A DNA stretch of 64,000 nt from a bacterium. Its GTDB lineage: Bacteria > Hydrothermota > UBA3073 > JACQXS01 > JAQTXJ01. Made by a program: the position numbers and the translations under genes. The DNA lies in NCBI GenBank assembly GCA_041649255.1, contig JBAZNK010000015.1:17361-81360 (forward strand), written 5' to 3'. Positions 46,921 to 57,941 of this stretch are shown one piece after another (position 1 is the first letter of the stretch; the number at the start of each line of letters is the position of its first letter). The notes under the pieces are model-generated. The model ran no database searches and was not told the origin of the DNA. It saw only the letters and a program-made list of their open reading frames with translations.

Positions 46921-47979
46921 TTATTGTGGCTTTTTCATTGCATCATAAAAAGCCTGCCAGAACGGGTCCACTCTTGGATGTTCCAATTCCCTATCTTTAC
47001 CATTTTCTCTCAATATTATTTTTTCTTTAGCATTTGTTAATTCCCCGACAATTGCCGATTTAATACCTTCTTTTGATAACACATCGACTACTTCCTGAGC
47101 TTTATGGGGTCTGCATGAGATAATCAAAGTACCTTCACTTATAGATTTATACGGGTCAATCTTGAAATAATCGCATATTTCTTTCACGTTATTTTCCATC
47201 GGAATAAGTTCTTTTTCTACTCTTATTCCAAATCCGCTTGCCTGTGCAAGTTCATATAATCCGCCCCAGATTCCACATTCCGTAGCGTCGTGCATTGAAC
47301 TTATTCCTTCATCCCTGACTCCAACTTTTACCGCAGCCATTGCTTCTTTTATTACCGACATTTTATAAAACAATTCCTGTGACTGTTTAGAAAAATCACT
47401 TCCAAATTCCTTTTCAAGCAATTTAGGAAACATAGCTGCAAATATTCCGCAAGCTTCTATTGCAGGGCCTTTTGTAATAATTATTTTGTCTTTCTCTTTT
47501 GCCATTCTGGGGGTTACGTATTTATCTTTATCGCCTATTGCCAAAACCGTAGCTCCTCCGACCATCGGATAATTGCAATTCTCATACCTCGCAGTATGCC
47601 CGCAAATTACGCTTACTCCAAATTTTTTACATTCTTGATGAATGGTCTCCCACATTATTTGTATTTCTTCTTCGTTGATTTCCATAGGTAAATTGAGGTC
47701 TATCGCCATATAAACGGGAGGCAATCCGCTTGTTACCACATCGGAAATGAGTATATGAGTAGCAAACCATGCCGCTCTTTCCCAGCCATAAGCAGGAACT
47801 ATAAATACAGGGTCAGTAGTTATCGCCACAGCTTGTGTCCCGATTTCTACGATTCCAACGTCTACTCCATGTTGCGGACCTACGAGTATATTTTTATTGC
47901 CGGCGCCTAAACGCGGAAATATAAGTTCATTGAAAACCTCAGGAGATATTTTGCCTATATCAGGAAGCCTTGATTTCAT
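46921..47979 (-). CDS. AIR-synthase-related protein (PurM/HypE/SelD superfamily)
   Basis: 352 aa. ..VGPQHGVDVGIVEIG..VAITTDPVF.. and the later ..SMHDATECGIWGGLYELA.. are PurM-fold N and C domain hallmarks. There are 9 nt to the selD start. Confidence 0.7.
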   Translation of the reverse strand: MKSRLPDIGKISPEVFNELIFPRLGAGNKNILVGPQHGVDVGIVEIGTQAVAITTDPVFIVPAYGWERAAWFATHILISDVVTSGLPPVYMAIDLNLPMEINEEEIQIMWETIHQECKKFGVSVICGHTARYENCNYPMVGGATVLAIGDKDKYVTPRMAKEKDKIIITKGPAIEACGIFAAMFPKLLEKEFGSDFSKQSQELFYKMSVIKEAMAAVKVGVRDEGISSMHDATECGIWGGLYELAQASGFGIRVEKELIPMENNVKEICDYFKIDPYKSISEGTLIISCRPHKAQEVVDVLSKEGIKSAIVGELTNAKEKIILRENGKDRELEHPRVDPFWQAFYDAMKKPQ

Positions 47980-48049
47980 TTTTCCCCTATCCTATATAAA
48001 TTTTAATAATATTATCATATGGTATTATATTCCTTCAATATATAAAATT

Positions 48050-48055
48050 TGTCAA
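48050..48055 (-). promoter_or_regulatory. Candidate -35 box for the AIR-synthase-like/selD operon
   Basis: The minus strand reads TTGACA at 48055..48050, with an A/T-rich -10 candidate (GAATAT/AATATA) 17-18 nt downstream. It is divergent from the LysR promoter. Confidence 0.3.
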
Positions 48056-48100
48056 TCTGAATTTTTAAATATTTTACTGAAATGTGCAATGATATAAATC

Positions 48101-48129
48101 TTGACATACATAACAATACGGATTAATTA
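48101..48129 (+). promoter_or_regulatory. Candidate promoter of the LysR regulator gene
   Basis: TTGACA (48101..48106), 17 nt, TAATTA (48124..48129), with the ATG at 48157. Confidence 0.4.
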
Positions 48130-48156
48130 TTCAATATTGGCTAAATTAGAAACAAA

Positions 48157-49041
48157 ATGATAGATTTACAGCAGTTAAAAACCTTTTGCACGGTGGTTGA
48201 AAAAAAGAGTTTTACAAAAGCGCAGGAAATAGTCCATCGCACGCAATCCACAATAAGTTCTCAAATATCGGCATTAGAAAGATTTTACAACACGCCCTTG
48301 TTTGACCGTTCATCAAGAGAAATAAGAGTCACAGATAACGGAAAAATATTATACGAATACGCCAAAAAAATTATTGAACTTGCAGAGAAATCTAAAAATG
48401 CAATATATTCATCGAAACAGACACTACAAGGCGAATTACTTATCGGCGCCAGCACAATACCGGGAACTTACATATTACCCGAAATTTTAAGTATTTTTAA
48501 GAAAAAATATTCTGAAGTTGATATCTCTATGCAAATTACCAACAGCAAAGATATAATTACTAAAATAATTGAACATACATTGGAAATAGGGATAGTAGGA
48601 GAAAAATTAAACGATAATCGTCTTGAATACATAAATATAGCAAAAGACAGAATTGTTCTTGTTGTCCCGAAAAATCATAAATGGGTAAAAGCATCAAAAA
48701 TTAAACTAAAAGACATTCAAAAAGAATCTTTTCTTTCAAGGGAAGAAGGGTCCGGCACCAGAACGGCATTGGAATCAATTCTAAAAACAAAAGGCATAAA
48801 TAAATTAAACACTTCCATAAACTTAGGGAGCACCGAAGCAATAAAAGAAGGCGTAAAAGCAGGTTTGGGACCGGCTTTTGTATCAGAATGGGCAATCAGG
48901 GATAAGTCACTAAAAACAATTGCCGTTGAAAACCTTGATATCGTGCGTCACTTTTATATTGTATTCCTGAGAAACAGCGTAAAAAACAATATAATCGAAA
49001 CTTTCATACAGTTTATTAAAAAAGATTATTTCCTCTCCTGA
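48157..49041 (+). CDS. LysR-family transcriptional regulator, divergent from the selD operon
   Basis: 294 aa with an N-terminal wHTH (LKTFCTVVEKKSFTKAQEIVHRTQSTISSQISALE) and a LysR substrate-binding domain. It ends at a TGA stop. Confidence 0.85.
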   Translation: MIDLQQLKTFCTVVEKKSFTKAQEIVHRTQSTISSQISALERFYNTPLFDRSSREIRVTDNGKILYEYAKKIIELAEKSKNAIYSSKQTLQGELLIGASTIPGTYILPEILSIFKKKYSEVDISMQITNSKDIITKIIEHTLEIGIVGEKLNDNRLEYINIAKDRIVLVVPKNHKWVKASKIKLKDIQKESFLSREEGSGTRTALESILKTKGINKLNTSINLGSTEAIKEGVKAGLGPAFVSEWAIRDKSLKTIAVENLDIVRHFYIVFLRNSVKNNIIETFIQFIKKDYFLS

Positions 49042-49137
49042 GTTTTCTTTTCTTTGCGGCTTTGCGCCTTAACGCCTTAGCGCGAGACATTCTGTTCTTT
49101 CTTATCTTTTACCTACCCGCTGTTCACTACCTACTGT

Positions 49138-50703
49138 CTACTTCTTTATATCTATTTCCACACTTTTTTCTTTTAACGTATACACTTCTATCTTATCTCT
49201 CTGTGAGTATTTACCTGATTTAAATTCTTTTTTATTTTGTAGTTTATCATACGTGTGTCCGGAAATAAGTATTTCCCCCGGAAGTGCCATTTTCTGTAAA
49301 TGCCCGGCAATATCGGTTATTTTGCTGAATACTACATTACCACCTTTTTGTTGGTCTTCAACGATTTTTCCCGTATTCAAACCCAAGCGAACGTTAAACG
49401 GCAATTTCAGAAGGTTTGTTGTTTTATTGAACTTGTCCATGCTTCCCAATAATTGCTGAGCGCCGGAAATCGCTTTATTTACGTCCTCGAACAAGTACAT
49501 TGCTTCGTCACCTGCCCGACTTAGTAGTCTCCCCTGGTTATTCTGGACAATAAGGTCTGTAAATTTCCAGAACTCCATAAAAGAAAAAATAATGTTCTCG
49601 TGTAATTCATTTTGTTTCAATGCTGTACTTTCTACAATATCTATATCCATAGCCGTTACTTCGTGGATAAACTTCTTTTGTATATGCTCACTCAAAACAT
49701 TTTGCATTTTCAAAGACTCTTCCAGCGACAACTTATCAACGCTTATATTTTTTCCTCCTGCAGCAGATTGTGGAATTACGTCATCCCTAAAAACAACTTC
49801 TTCCCCATCATATTCTGTTAGAGAGAATTCGTGGGCTTCTATCCAATTCATTAGTTTCCATAGTGCTAAAATCACTAATATTATTGGCACGCCTATGTAT
49901 AAGAATGTACTTAAATCAAAATTTATTTTCCCGGGATAAATTGTTATTACTATTAAGTCTAATAAAACAACCAATCCTGCTCCCGACACTACGCCTATTA
50001 AATCAAGCCACCATTTTTTTTCCCTTATAAATAATTCTATATAATAGCTTATCATCCCCCAGATAATTGCCTGAAAAATTATCAGTGGTTGAGCTAAAAG
50101 AAACTTTCCCAAATTTGTTATTATTTTATAAAAGTCATCTAAGAAGAAAATATTCGCTTTAGCTTGAAACCAGCTGAAATTATAGAATAAAAGAGGTAAT
50201 TCCTTTAAGGAATAGAATTTATAAACAGGTACCCCAACAACCAAATATCCCATAATCTCTTGCTGTGTAATTATCCCAAGAATACAGCACCAAAAGCATG
50301 CAACTCCGGCTATCACCGGTCCCTTATTTTTCAACAACAGGGGTGCAAGTATTACGATTAAAAATTCAAGAGGAATATGAGTTTTAAGCGAAACAGAAGT
50401 GGCTAAAAACGATGCCCCGGTTATTAATAGAAACATTTCCGGGAACTCAGAAAACCAAATCGTTACTATTAAGAAAAAGAGAGCAACGACTATATAGCAT
50501 AAGAAAAGTTCTATAGAATGATATGCGATTGTTATGCTAATCACACTCATAGTGAGCACTGTGGCAAATCGGATAAACTTCCATCCTATCAGGCAAATTA
50601 TCAAACTAAAACAAAGACTCCACCAATTTGGGAAATACGGGAACACGTTAAGTGATAAAAAAGTTATTCCTCCTAACGCAGCAGCAATAAGGAATCGTTT
50701 CAT
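49138..50703 (-). CDS. Polytopic membrane protein with C-terminal class III adenylate/guanylate cyclase-like domain
   Basis: 521 aa with about 8-10 hydrophobic spans. The C-terminal ..VTAMDIDIVESTAL..RAGDEAMYLF..VRLGLNTGKIV..DIAGHLQKMALPGEILIS.. follows the class III cyclase catalytic-domain pattern. Confidence 0.65.
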   Translation of the reverse strand: MKRFLIAAALGGITFLSLNVFPYFPNWWSLCFSLIICLIGWKFIRFATVLTMSVISITIAYHSIELFLCYIVVALFFLIVTIWFSEFPEMFLLITGASFLATSVSLKTHIPLEFLIVILAPLLLKNKGPVIAGVACFWCCILGIITQQEIMGYLVVGVPVYKFYSLKELPLLFYNFSWFQAKANIFFLDDFYKIITNLGKFLLAQPLIIFQAIIWGMISYYIELFIREKKWWLDLIGVVSGAGLVVLLDLIVITIYPGKINFDLSTFLYIGVPIILVILALWKLMNWIEAHEFSLTEYDGEEVVFRDDVIPQSAAGGKNISVDKLSLEESLKMQNVLSEHIQKKFIHEVTAMDIDIVESTALKQNELHENIIFSFMEFWKFTDLIVQNNQGRLLSRAGDEAMYLFEDVNKAISGAQQLLGSMDKFNKTTNLLKLPFNVRLGLNTGKIVEDQQKGGNVVFSKITDIAGHLQKMALPGEILISGHTYDKLQNKKEFKSGKYSQRDKIEVYTLKEKSVEIDIKK

Positions 50704-50842
50704 TATAGTTTTACTATATCCAATTAAAATTCATATTGTCAATTATTTTATAAAAGCCCCACTTTTTCTTCGCTTCACTGCGTCCCCACTTTCTATTGCC
50801 TACTGCCTGTTGCCTTTCATCTAATGTTAAAACAATATTTTC

Positions 50843-50871
50843 TTGACATAAGCACTATATTAAACTAAATT
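50843..50871 (+). promoter_or_regulatory. Candidate sigma70-type promoter for tRNA-Phe
   Basis: TTGACA (50843..50848), 17 nt, TAAATT (50866..50871), 19 nt before the tRNA 5' end. Confidence 0.5.
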
Positions 50872-50890
50872 GACAGTTTACTATGGTTAT

Positions 50891-50963
50891 GCCAAGGTAG
50901 CTCAGTCGGTAGAGCACTAGACTGAAAATCTAGGTGTCGGCGGTCCGATTCCGCCCCTTGGCA
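50891..50963 (+). tRNA. tRNA-Phe (GAA)
   Basis: Acceptor GCCAAGG/CCTTGGC, D-arm GCTC AGTCGGTA GAGC, anticodon stem CTAGA/TCTAG with loop CTGAAAA, T-arm GGCGG TCCGATT CCGCC. Confidence 0.9.
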
Positions 50964-51062
50964 TTTTTCATAATTAATATTTATTTTTCTGCCTGTTTGT
51001 CTATTCGCCCTATATTCGGCAGAAATTTTTGACATTTAATTTTTAATACTTGATTTGTAAAT

Positions 51063-51134
51063 GCCGGCGTGGCTCAGTGGTAGAGCAGCGGTTTCGTAAA
51101 CCGCAGGTCGAAGGTTCGATTCCTTTCGCCGGCT
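51063..51134 (+). tRNA. tRNA-Thr (CGT)
   Basis: Acceptor GCCGGCG/CGCCGGC, anticodon stem GCGGT/ACCGC with loop TTCGTAA, T-arm GAAGG TTCGATT CCTTT. Confidence 0.9.
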
Positions 51135-51378
51135 TGATATTTGTTTCAGTTTTGTATCTCTACTCGCTCTTCTACCTCCTAAATTTTTGTATGGAAAATT
51201 TTTAAGAGTATACATTTCTGTATTTGCTAGAAGAAGTCCCTAGTTTAGTATAGGAAAATTATAAAGTAAAAAAAATAGAATTGAGCTATTTTGCAGGAAG
51301 GAGAAGTAATAACTATACTCTTGGCGGAAAAGAAAAGACTTTAGAAGTTACGGAAGCAGCAGCAAGAAAACTCCAGTG

Positions 51379-52206
51379 TTATTTTTTCAATACTATAATT
51401 ATTTTGCCTGATATTTTAGAAACATAAGGGAATATGGAAGATAAAAGATAATCCCATTTCGAGAGAAGCATTCTATATTTATCGAGTTTTTGAATTCTAC
51501 CAAGTCTTTCAAATAAATACGCTGAGCGTCGGATTTTAATTTTCTTAAATATTTTTTTGAATATTTTTATTTCTTTTGTTGTAATAATACTCCCGCCCGG
51601 GGATTCTCTGCATTCAATTGGCATCAGTCCACGCAAGAATAAGAAGCTACGAGATTCTCCAAACGGTTCTTTGAATATTGCCATACCTCCCGGTTTTAAA
51701 ACTCTCTCGAATTCCCTTGCAGCAGTGTGAGGTTCAAAATGATGCAATACTCCATGCCCGACAATAACATCAAAAGTATTTGATTTGAACCCCAGTTCTT
51801 CGGCAGACATTTGTGCAAAAGTAGTTAGCTTATCTACATTTTTAACCCGACTACCTTTTTTAGAGATATTCAGGGCTTGCATGGAAATATCCGTTCCGGT
51901 AACAGAAGCTTTTTTCCCTGCACAATAAATGGAGAACAACCCTATTCCACACCCCACTTCGAGAACAGTTTTACCGGATATATTGTCCAACAAAGAAACA
52001 AAATACCGTTCGTTTATACCATAACAATACGACTCATAAAAAGAAGCAAGATTATCACTATTATCGTTATAAAACTTTTCTGACCAATCGTCCCAGAAGT
52101 TCCTTTCAAGCTTATTCTTAATCTGTATTTTATCTATTTGCTTAATTGGATTATTAATAAGGTTTTGGAATTTTTTCTTATTCTGAGAAAGGTTTATTTT
52201 TTGCAT
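51379..52206 (-). CDS. Class I SAM-dependent methyltransferase
   Basis: 275 aa with the SAM-binding motif VLEVGCGIGLFS, then FDVIVGHGVLHH and LKPGG. Confidence 0.8.
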   Translation of the reverse strand: MQKINLSQNKKKFQNLINNPIKQIDKIQIKNKLERNFWDDWSEKFYNDNSDNLASFYESYCYGINERYFVSLLDNISGKTVLEVGCGIGLFSIYCAGKKASVTGTDISMQALNISKKGSRVKNVDKLTTFAQMSAEELGFKSNTFDVIVGHGVLHHFEPHTAAREFERVLKPGGMAIFKEPFGESRSFLFLRGLMPIECRESPGGSIITTKEIKIFKKIFKKIKIRRSAYLFERLGRIQKLDKYRMLLSKWDYLLSSIFPYVSKISGKIIIVLKK

Positions 52207-52646
52207 TATTGAATATTATTACAGCTATGCTAAATTGTCAAGTTGTTAGCATTCTGCAAGGATTAGGAAAATTCTTCCTATTTAATCGGAGACTTTCAAG
52301 ATTGATGTTTTCCACCTTTCCTCCAATAAATTACTTACCCTTATTTTTTCTAAAGCCAAACACTTTTTTCTTCTCCCACATTTCTAAAATCCACATAGTC
52401 TTTCCATTTATAAAAATCTTTCGGACTTATTTGTTTGTGAATACCTATATTGTAACAATGGGGTATCTATTTTTCTATCTTTTAATCTCCGGTACGCCAT
52501 TCTTTGTTTCTATCCAATACTTTTTTAGGATATATACACTTTATAATCTGGTTTAACAGGGAGGATTTTAATAGCTTTATAAACAGTATCATCGCAAGAC
52601 AATAAAGACTATTCACATCCCCTATCATCATCTCAACTATTTTTTC

Positions 52647-54114
<1,468 letters not shown>

Positions 54115-54200
54115 ATTAGTAAACTTACACAAACTTTCCAACTCTAAACTTTTCTTATTTTTATAATTATTATCCCGTTAAATCGGTGAATGGAGGAATT

Positions 54201-54593
54201 ATGAAAATCACACCCGTAGAATTAAAAAATATTGAATTCAAAAAAACAATGCATGGTTTTGATCCAAAAGAAGTCACGTCTTGTATTGAATCCGTAGCAC
54301 AAACTTTTGAAGAACTTATAATCGAAAAAAATAACCTCGTTGAAGAATTAAAAAAATATAAACAGAAAGCTCAATACCAGGAAAACATATCTAATGAAAT
54401 ACAGGATATGCTCAATAAAGCCAAAGAAGAAGCTAATTCAATTCTTGAAATGGCCAATTCCGAAAAACAAGCTATTCTCGCTGAAATATCCTCATTGAAA
54501 AACGAACATTCCGAGTTTATTGCCCAGTTTAAATTCCTACTAAATTCTTATATGCTGACAATTGATAAAATGGTCAATAAAGAGCAAATTTAA
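54201..54593 (+). CDS. DivIVA-domain protein
   Basis: MKITPVELKNIEFKKTMHGFDPKEV is the DivIVA N-terminal motif, followed by a coiled coil. The start is placed at ATG 54201 after GGAGGA, not at the track's GTG 54186. Confidence 0.75.
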   Translation: MKITPVELKNIEFKKTMHGFDPKEVTSCIESVAQTFEELIIEKNNLVEELKKYKQKAQYQENISNEIQDMLNKAKEEANSILEMANSEKQAILAEISSLKNEHSEFIAQFKFLLNSYMLTIDKMVNKEQI

Positions 54594-54605
54594 AGCCGGA
54601 ATAAT

Positions 54606-56033
54606 ATGAACGGGTTACTAAATACTGATATTTCCACACTTCACCAAAAACTTAAAACTCGTGAAATAACCTGCACAGAACTTATTACTGAGGCATTTAA
54701 TAATATCCATAAAAGTAAACTAAATTCATACATCACTCTTATGGAAGAATCCGCATTAGAAAAAGCTTCTTTCCTTGATAAAAATTCTGATTTCAACCAT
54801 CTCTTAACCGGAATTCCCATTGCAATAAAAGATAATATATGTATTCGTAACTTCCCTACAACCTGCGGTTCCAAAATACTTAAAGACTTTATCCCTCCCT
54901 ATAACGCAACCGTAATAGACAAATTAGAATCTCTTAATGCCATATTTGTAGGCAAAACAAACCTTGATGAATTCGCAATGGGCTCCTCTACCGAAAACTC
55001 TGCCTTTAATCCTACTCTTAACCCTTACAATCCAAACCTTGTTCCCGGCGGTTCTTCAGGTGGTTCTGCCTCCAGCGTAAAAGCAAACGAATCAATTTGT
55101 GCTCTTGGTTCGGATACAGGCGGCTCAATCAGGCAACCCGCTGCATTTTGTGGAGTCGTTGGATTAAAACCAACATATGGACTAGTATCAAGATATGGAC
55201 TTATAGCTTTTGCTTCTTCTTTAGACCAGATAGGTCCAATTACTCGTTGCGCAAAAGATTCTGCTATCCTTCTTGATGCTATCGCAGGAGAAGACCCAAA
55301 AGACTCAACCAGTCGTAATTCTAAACAAACAGGACAATATTTCAACAATCTAAATCCTGAAATTAAAAATCTAAAAATCGGTATTCCAAAAGAATATTTT
55401 GTTGAAGGAATAGCCCCTGAAATTAAAGAGAAAATTCTCTCTACAGCCAAACTTATGGAACAGTCGGGAGCCGTATTGTATGATATTTCTTTACCTAATA
55501 CCGAATATGCTATTGCCATTTATTATCTAATCGCAACAGCAGAAGCTTCTTCAAATCTTGCAAGATATGATGGCGTAAAATATGGTTATAGAATCCCGGA
55601 ATCGGAAAACTTAAAAACAATGTATGAATTTACAAAAGAACAGGGTTTTGGGAAAGAAGTCAAAAGACGAATAATGCTGGGAACTTTTGGTCTACAATCA
55701 GGATATTATGATGAATACTATAATAAAGCCTGCAAAGTAAGGAATCTTATAGCATCAGACTTTGAAACCGCTTTTAAGAAAGTTGATATTATCTTAACTC
55801 CCGCAACACCAACATTACCGTTCAAAATCGGAGAACGAATAACCAATCCTTTACAAATGTATTTGAGTGATATTTTTACGGTTAGTGTAAACCTTGCAGG
55901 TTTGCCGGCAATATCTTTCAAATGCGGAGAAAATAATGGATTGCCTGTAGGAGTCCAATTAATCGGGAAATCATTCAGCGAACAGCTACTTCTAAATACT
56001 AATTACGCTTACGAACAAATAACCGCAATTTAA
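54606..56033 (+). CDS. gatA: Asp-tRNA(Asn)/Glu-tRNA(Gln) amidotransferase subunit A
   Basis: 475 aa with the amidase signature GGSSGGSASSV and the GSDTGGSIRQPA block. Confidence 0.95.
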   Translation: MNGLLNTDISTLHQKLKTREITCTELITEAFNNIHKSKLNSYITLMEESALEKASFLDKNSDFNHLLTGIPIAIKDNICIRNFPTTCGSKILKDFIPPYNATVIDKLESLNAIFVGKTNLDEFAMGSSTENSAFNPTLNPYNPNLVPGGSSGGSASSVKANESICALGSDTGGSIRQPAAFCGVVGLKPTYGLVSRYGLIAFASSLDQIGPITRCAKDSAILLDAIAGEDPKDSTSRNSKQTGQYFNNLNPEIKNLKIGIPKEYFVEGIAPEIKEKILSTAKLMEQSGAVLYDISLPNTEYAIAIYYLIATAEASSNLARYDGVKYGYRIPESENLKTMYEFTKEQGFGKEVKRRIMLGTFGLQSGYYDEYYNKACKVRNLIASDFETAFKKVDIILTPATPTLPFKIGERITNPLQMYLSDIFTVSVNLAGLPAISFKCGENNGLPVGVQLIGKSFSEQLLLNTNYAYEQITAI

Positions 56034-56776
56034 CTTTCAATTACCTTCCTGCATCTTTTTACATATTCTTCGTTCAGTCCGCCTAACCTAAATATTATTA
56101 CCTCGTTTACTCCGAATTCTTTTACTATTTTCAAATCTTCTTCAAATTCATCGGGTGTAAGAATTGGTTCTGAACCACCAACCCCGATAGCCGTACAGCC
56201 TAATCCCATTTTAAATCTGTTCCCGTATTTTTTTACTCCAACTTCACAGAAATGTCGCAGTTTTTCAACCATTCCTTTTCTGTCCAGTTTTCCTATTAGA
56301 CTCGTATATACCATTTTGGCAACGGCTGCGGTTTCGCTTTCATAAGTAAGTCCCCAAAATTTCAAACGTTTTTCTATCCCAGGCAACTCAATAAGCACAA
56401 GCTTATGACCATTCGTATCTACAAACTCTTTTATAAATCTTTTATTTCTAAAAAAGTTTAATGATTCCGTAAAATACAGATGTTTTGCGTGTGTAGGGTT
56501 TTCTAAATCCAACATAAGTTCAATCTTTTCGTTTCTGACTTCATTTAAAACTCTTTGTAATGCTCTTCTTTTTGTAAATGGAGAAATCCAGTAACCTTCT
56601 TTATTTTCCAGAACAGGCCAGTAAACAAGCGGAATTTTTAATTTTTCCTCAAAACCACGAAACTCGCTTAAACTATGGGATACTATATAGATTTTAGTAT
56701 TAAAAGACTTAGGAATAAGTTTGATTTTTCCAAGGTTCTCCTCCGTAGGGAACTCTTCAAAAAAACTTATATTCAT
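56030..56776 (-). CDS. Hypothetical protein
   Basis: 248-aa ORF with coding-like composition and no motif I can name. Its stop overlaps the gatA stop (TTAA shared). Confidence 0.45.
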   Translation of the reverse strand: MNISFFEEFPTEENLGKIKLIPKSFNTKIYIVSHSLSEFRGFEEKLKIPLVYWPVLENKEGYWISPFTKRRALQRVLNEVRNEKIELMLDLENPTHAKHLYFTESLNFFRNKRFIKEFVDTNGHKLVLIELPGIEKRLKFWGLTYESETAAVAKMVYTSLIGKLDRKGMVEKLRHFCEVGVKKYGNRFKMGLGCTAIGVGGSEPILTPDEFEEDLKIVKEFGVNEVIIFRLGGLNEEYVKRCRKVIES

Positions 56777-56807
56777 ATTTTCTAATCTTTCCGTTACGCG
56801 TTTATTG

Positions 56808-57131
56808 TTAACAGTTTACTAAGTATGGAGCTATTTTATTTTTTAAATCTTCTTCGGGCATTGCTCCAACCATTTGTTCCACAAGTTTTCCATCCTTAAA
56901 AATAATCAATGTCGGTATGCTTCTTATTCCATAAGTCTCCGATACATTAGGGCTATCATCTACATTAGCTTTACATATTTTAATTTTCCCTTCGTATTCC
57001 TTAGCGATTTTTTCTACTATCGGAGCAATCATCCTGCACGAGCCACACCAAGGCGCCCAAAAATCTACCAATACTGCAAGTTTTGAATCTTTTATCCCTT
57101 CATTAAAATTGGCATCCGTAAGTTCACACAT
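56808..57131 (-). CDS. trxA: Thioredoxin
   Basis: 107 aa. VDFWAPWCGSCRMIAP is a WCGxC active site, followed by RSIPTLIIFKDG. Confidence 0.9.
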   Translation of the reverse strand: MCELTDANFNEGIKDSKLAVLVDFWAPWCGSCRMIAPIVEKIAKEYEGKIKICKANVDDSPNVSETYGIRSIPTLIIFKDGKLVEQMVGAMPEEDLKNKIAPYLVNC

Positions 57132-57305
57132 CTTTACCTCCTAGTGTTATTGTTTTAATCAATTATAGAATACTCTACTTATATTTTCTTTAATACCTCA
57201 TACCACCAAAAAGTCAATCTGTTTTTCAACGACATTGATATACACGGATATAAAAGAATCCCGCTACAACAATCAAATTAAGTGTTATAGCGGGATAGAA
57301 TTATC

Positions 57306-57839
57306 TTATTTTTTTACCGGTATTTGTATTTCTGTTAAAAGTGAATCTTCAGGTACTTCTTGAGGAGAATTCAAATAAAATTCTCTTCCCGGGCCGTCAG
57401 GTTTATATCCGTTCCTAAATATCCATTTGAATAATCCGCCCCATGAAGGTCCAACTTTGCTATACGCACCTTTATGTAAAAGAAAAGCCACTTCTATCGC
57501 AGGTATTTCTTTTATCTTTATATCCCCGGTAATTTTTCCTGCAATACTATCTGCTACCGGAACTATCGGGACGCATACATCGTATCTGCATTTTTCCGGC
57601 GCCACCTTTTTGGGATCATCATAATAAACTCCAAAAGGCGCTCCTGCATATTGAATACCATTTGTTCCTGCATACTGGAAAAGCATTCCCATCGCATTTC
57701 CTATATCGGAAAAATTTCCCTGTTTCTCGACAAATAAAACCTGCATTTTGTCCACAGTTTTAACCTGGACATCAGGCAGGTTAGAAGAACAACCGGCCAC
57801 AAATAAAACGGCTGAAACCGCACAAAAAAACTTCAACAT
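57306..57839 (-). CDS. GyrI-like (small-molecule binding) domain lipoprotein
   Basis: 177 aa with the lipobox FVAGC. Its duplicated beta-alpha-beta-beta layout and C-terminal ..REFYLN..P.. motif are typical of the GyrI-like/AraC effector-binding fold. Confidence 0.55.
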   Translation of the reverse strand: MLKFFCAVSAVLFVAGCSSNLPDVQVKTVDKMQVLFVEKQGNFSDIGNAMGMLFQYAGTNGIQYAGAPFGVYYDDPKKVAPEKCRYDVCVPIVPVADSIAGKITGDIKIKEIPAIEVAFLLHKGAYSKVGPSWGGLFKWIFRNGYKPDGPGREFYLNSPQEVPEDSLLTEIQIPVKK

Positions 57840-57941
57840 CCTTCCCCCCTTTATTAATTTATAATATGTTATAAAACTCCATTTTAAGTAACTCTTTTTT
57901 TATACTTGTCAATTAAATTTCAAAGATATTGTTTCAATTTG

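Noticed and set aside
52209-52556. A 115-aa plus-strand ORF in the 470-bp gap between the methyltransferase gene and guaB.
   Set aside because: It starts at a non-ATG codon, is extremely Phe/Leu/Ile-rich low-complexity sequence typical of AT-rich non-coding DNA, and has no RBS. The gap may hold decayed gene remnants, but I cannot support a call.
56030-56033. A 4-nt convergent overlap (TTAA) of the gatA stop and the stop of the 248-aa hypothetical gene.
   Set aside because: This is a trivial consequence of TAA stops on both strands, with no functional implication I can support.
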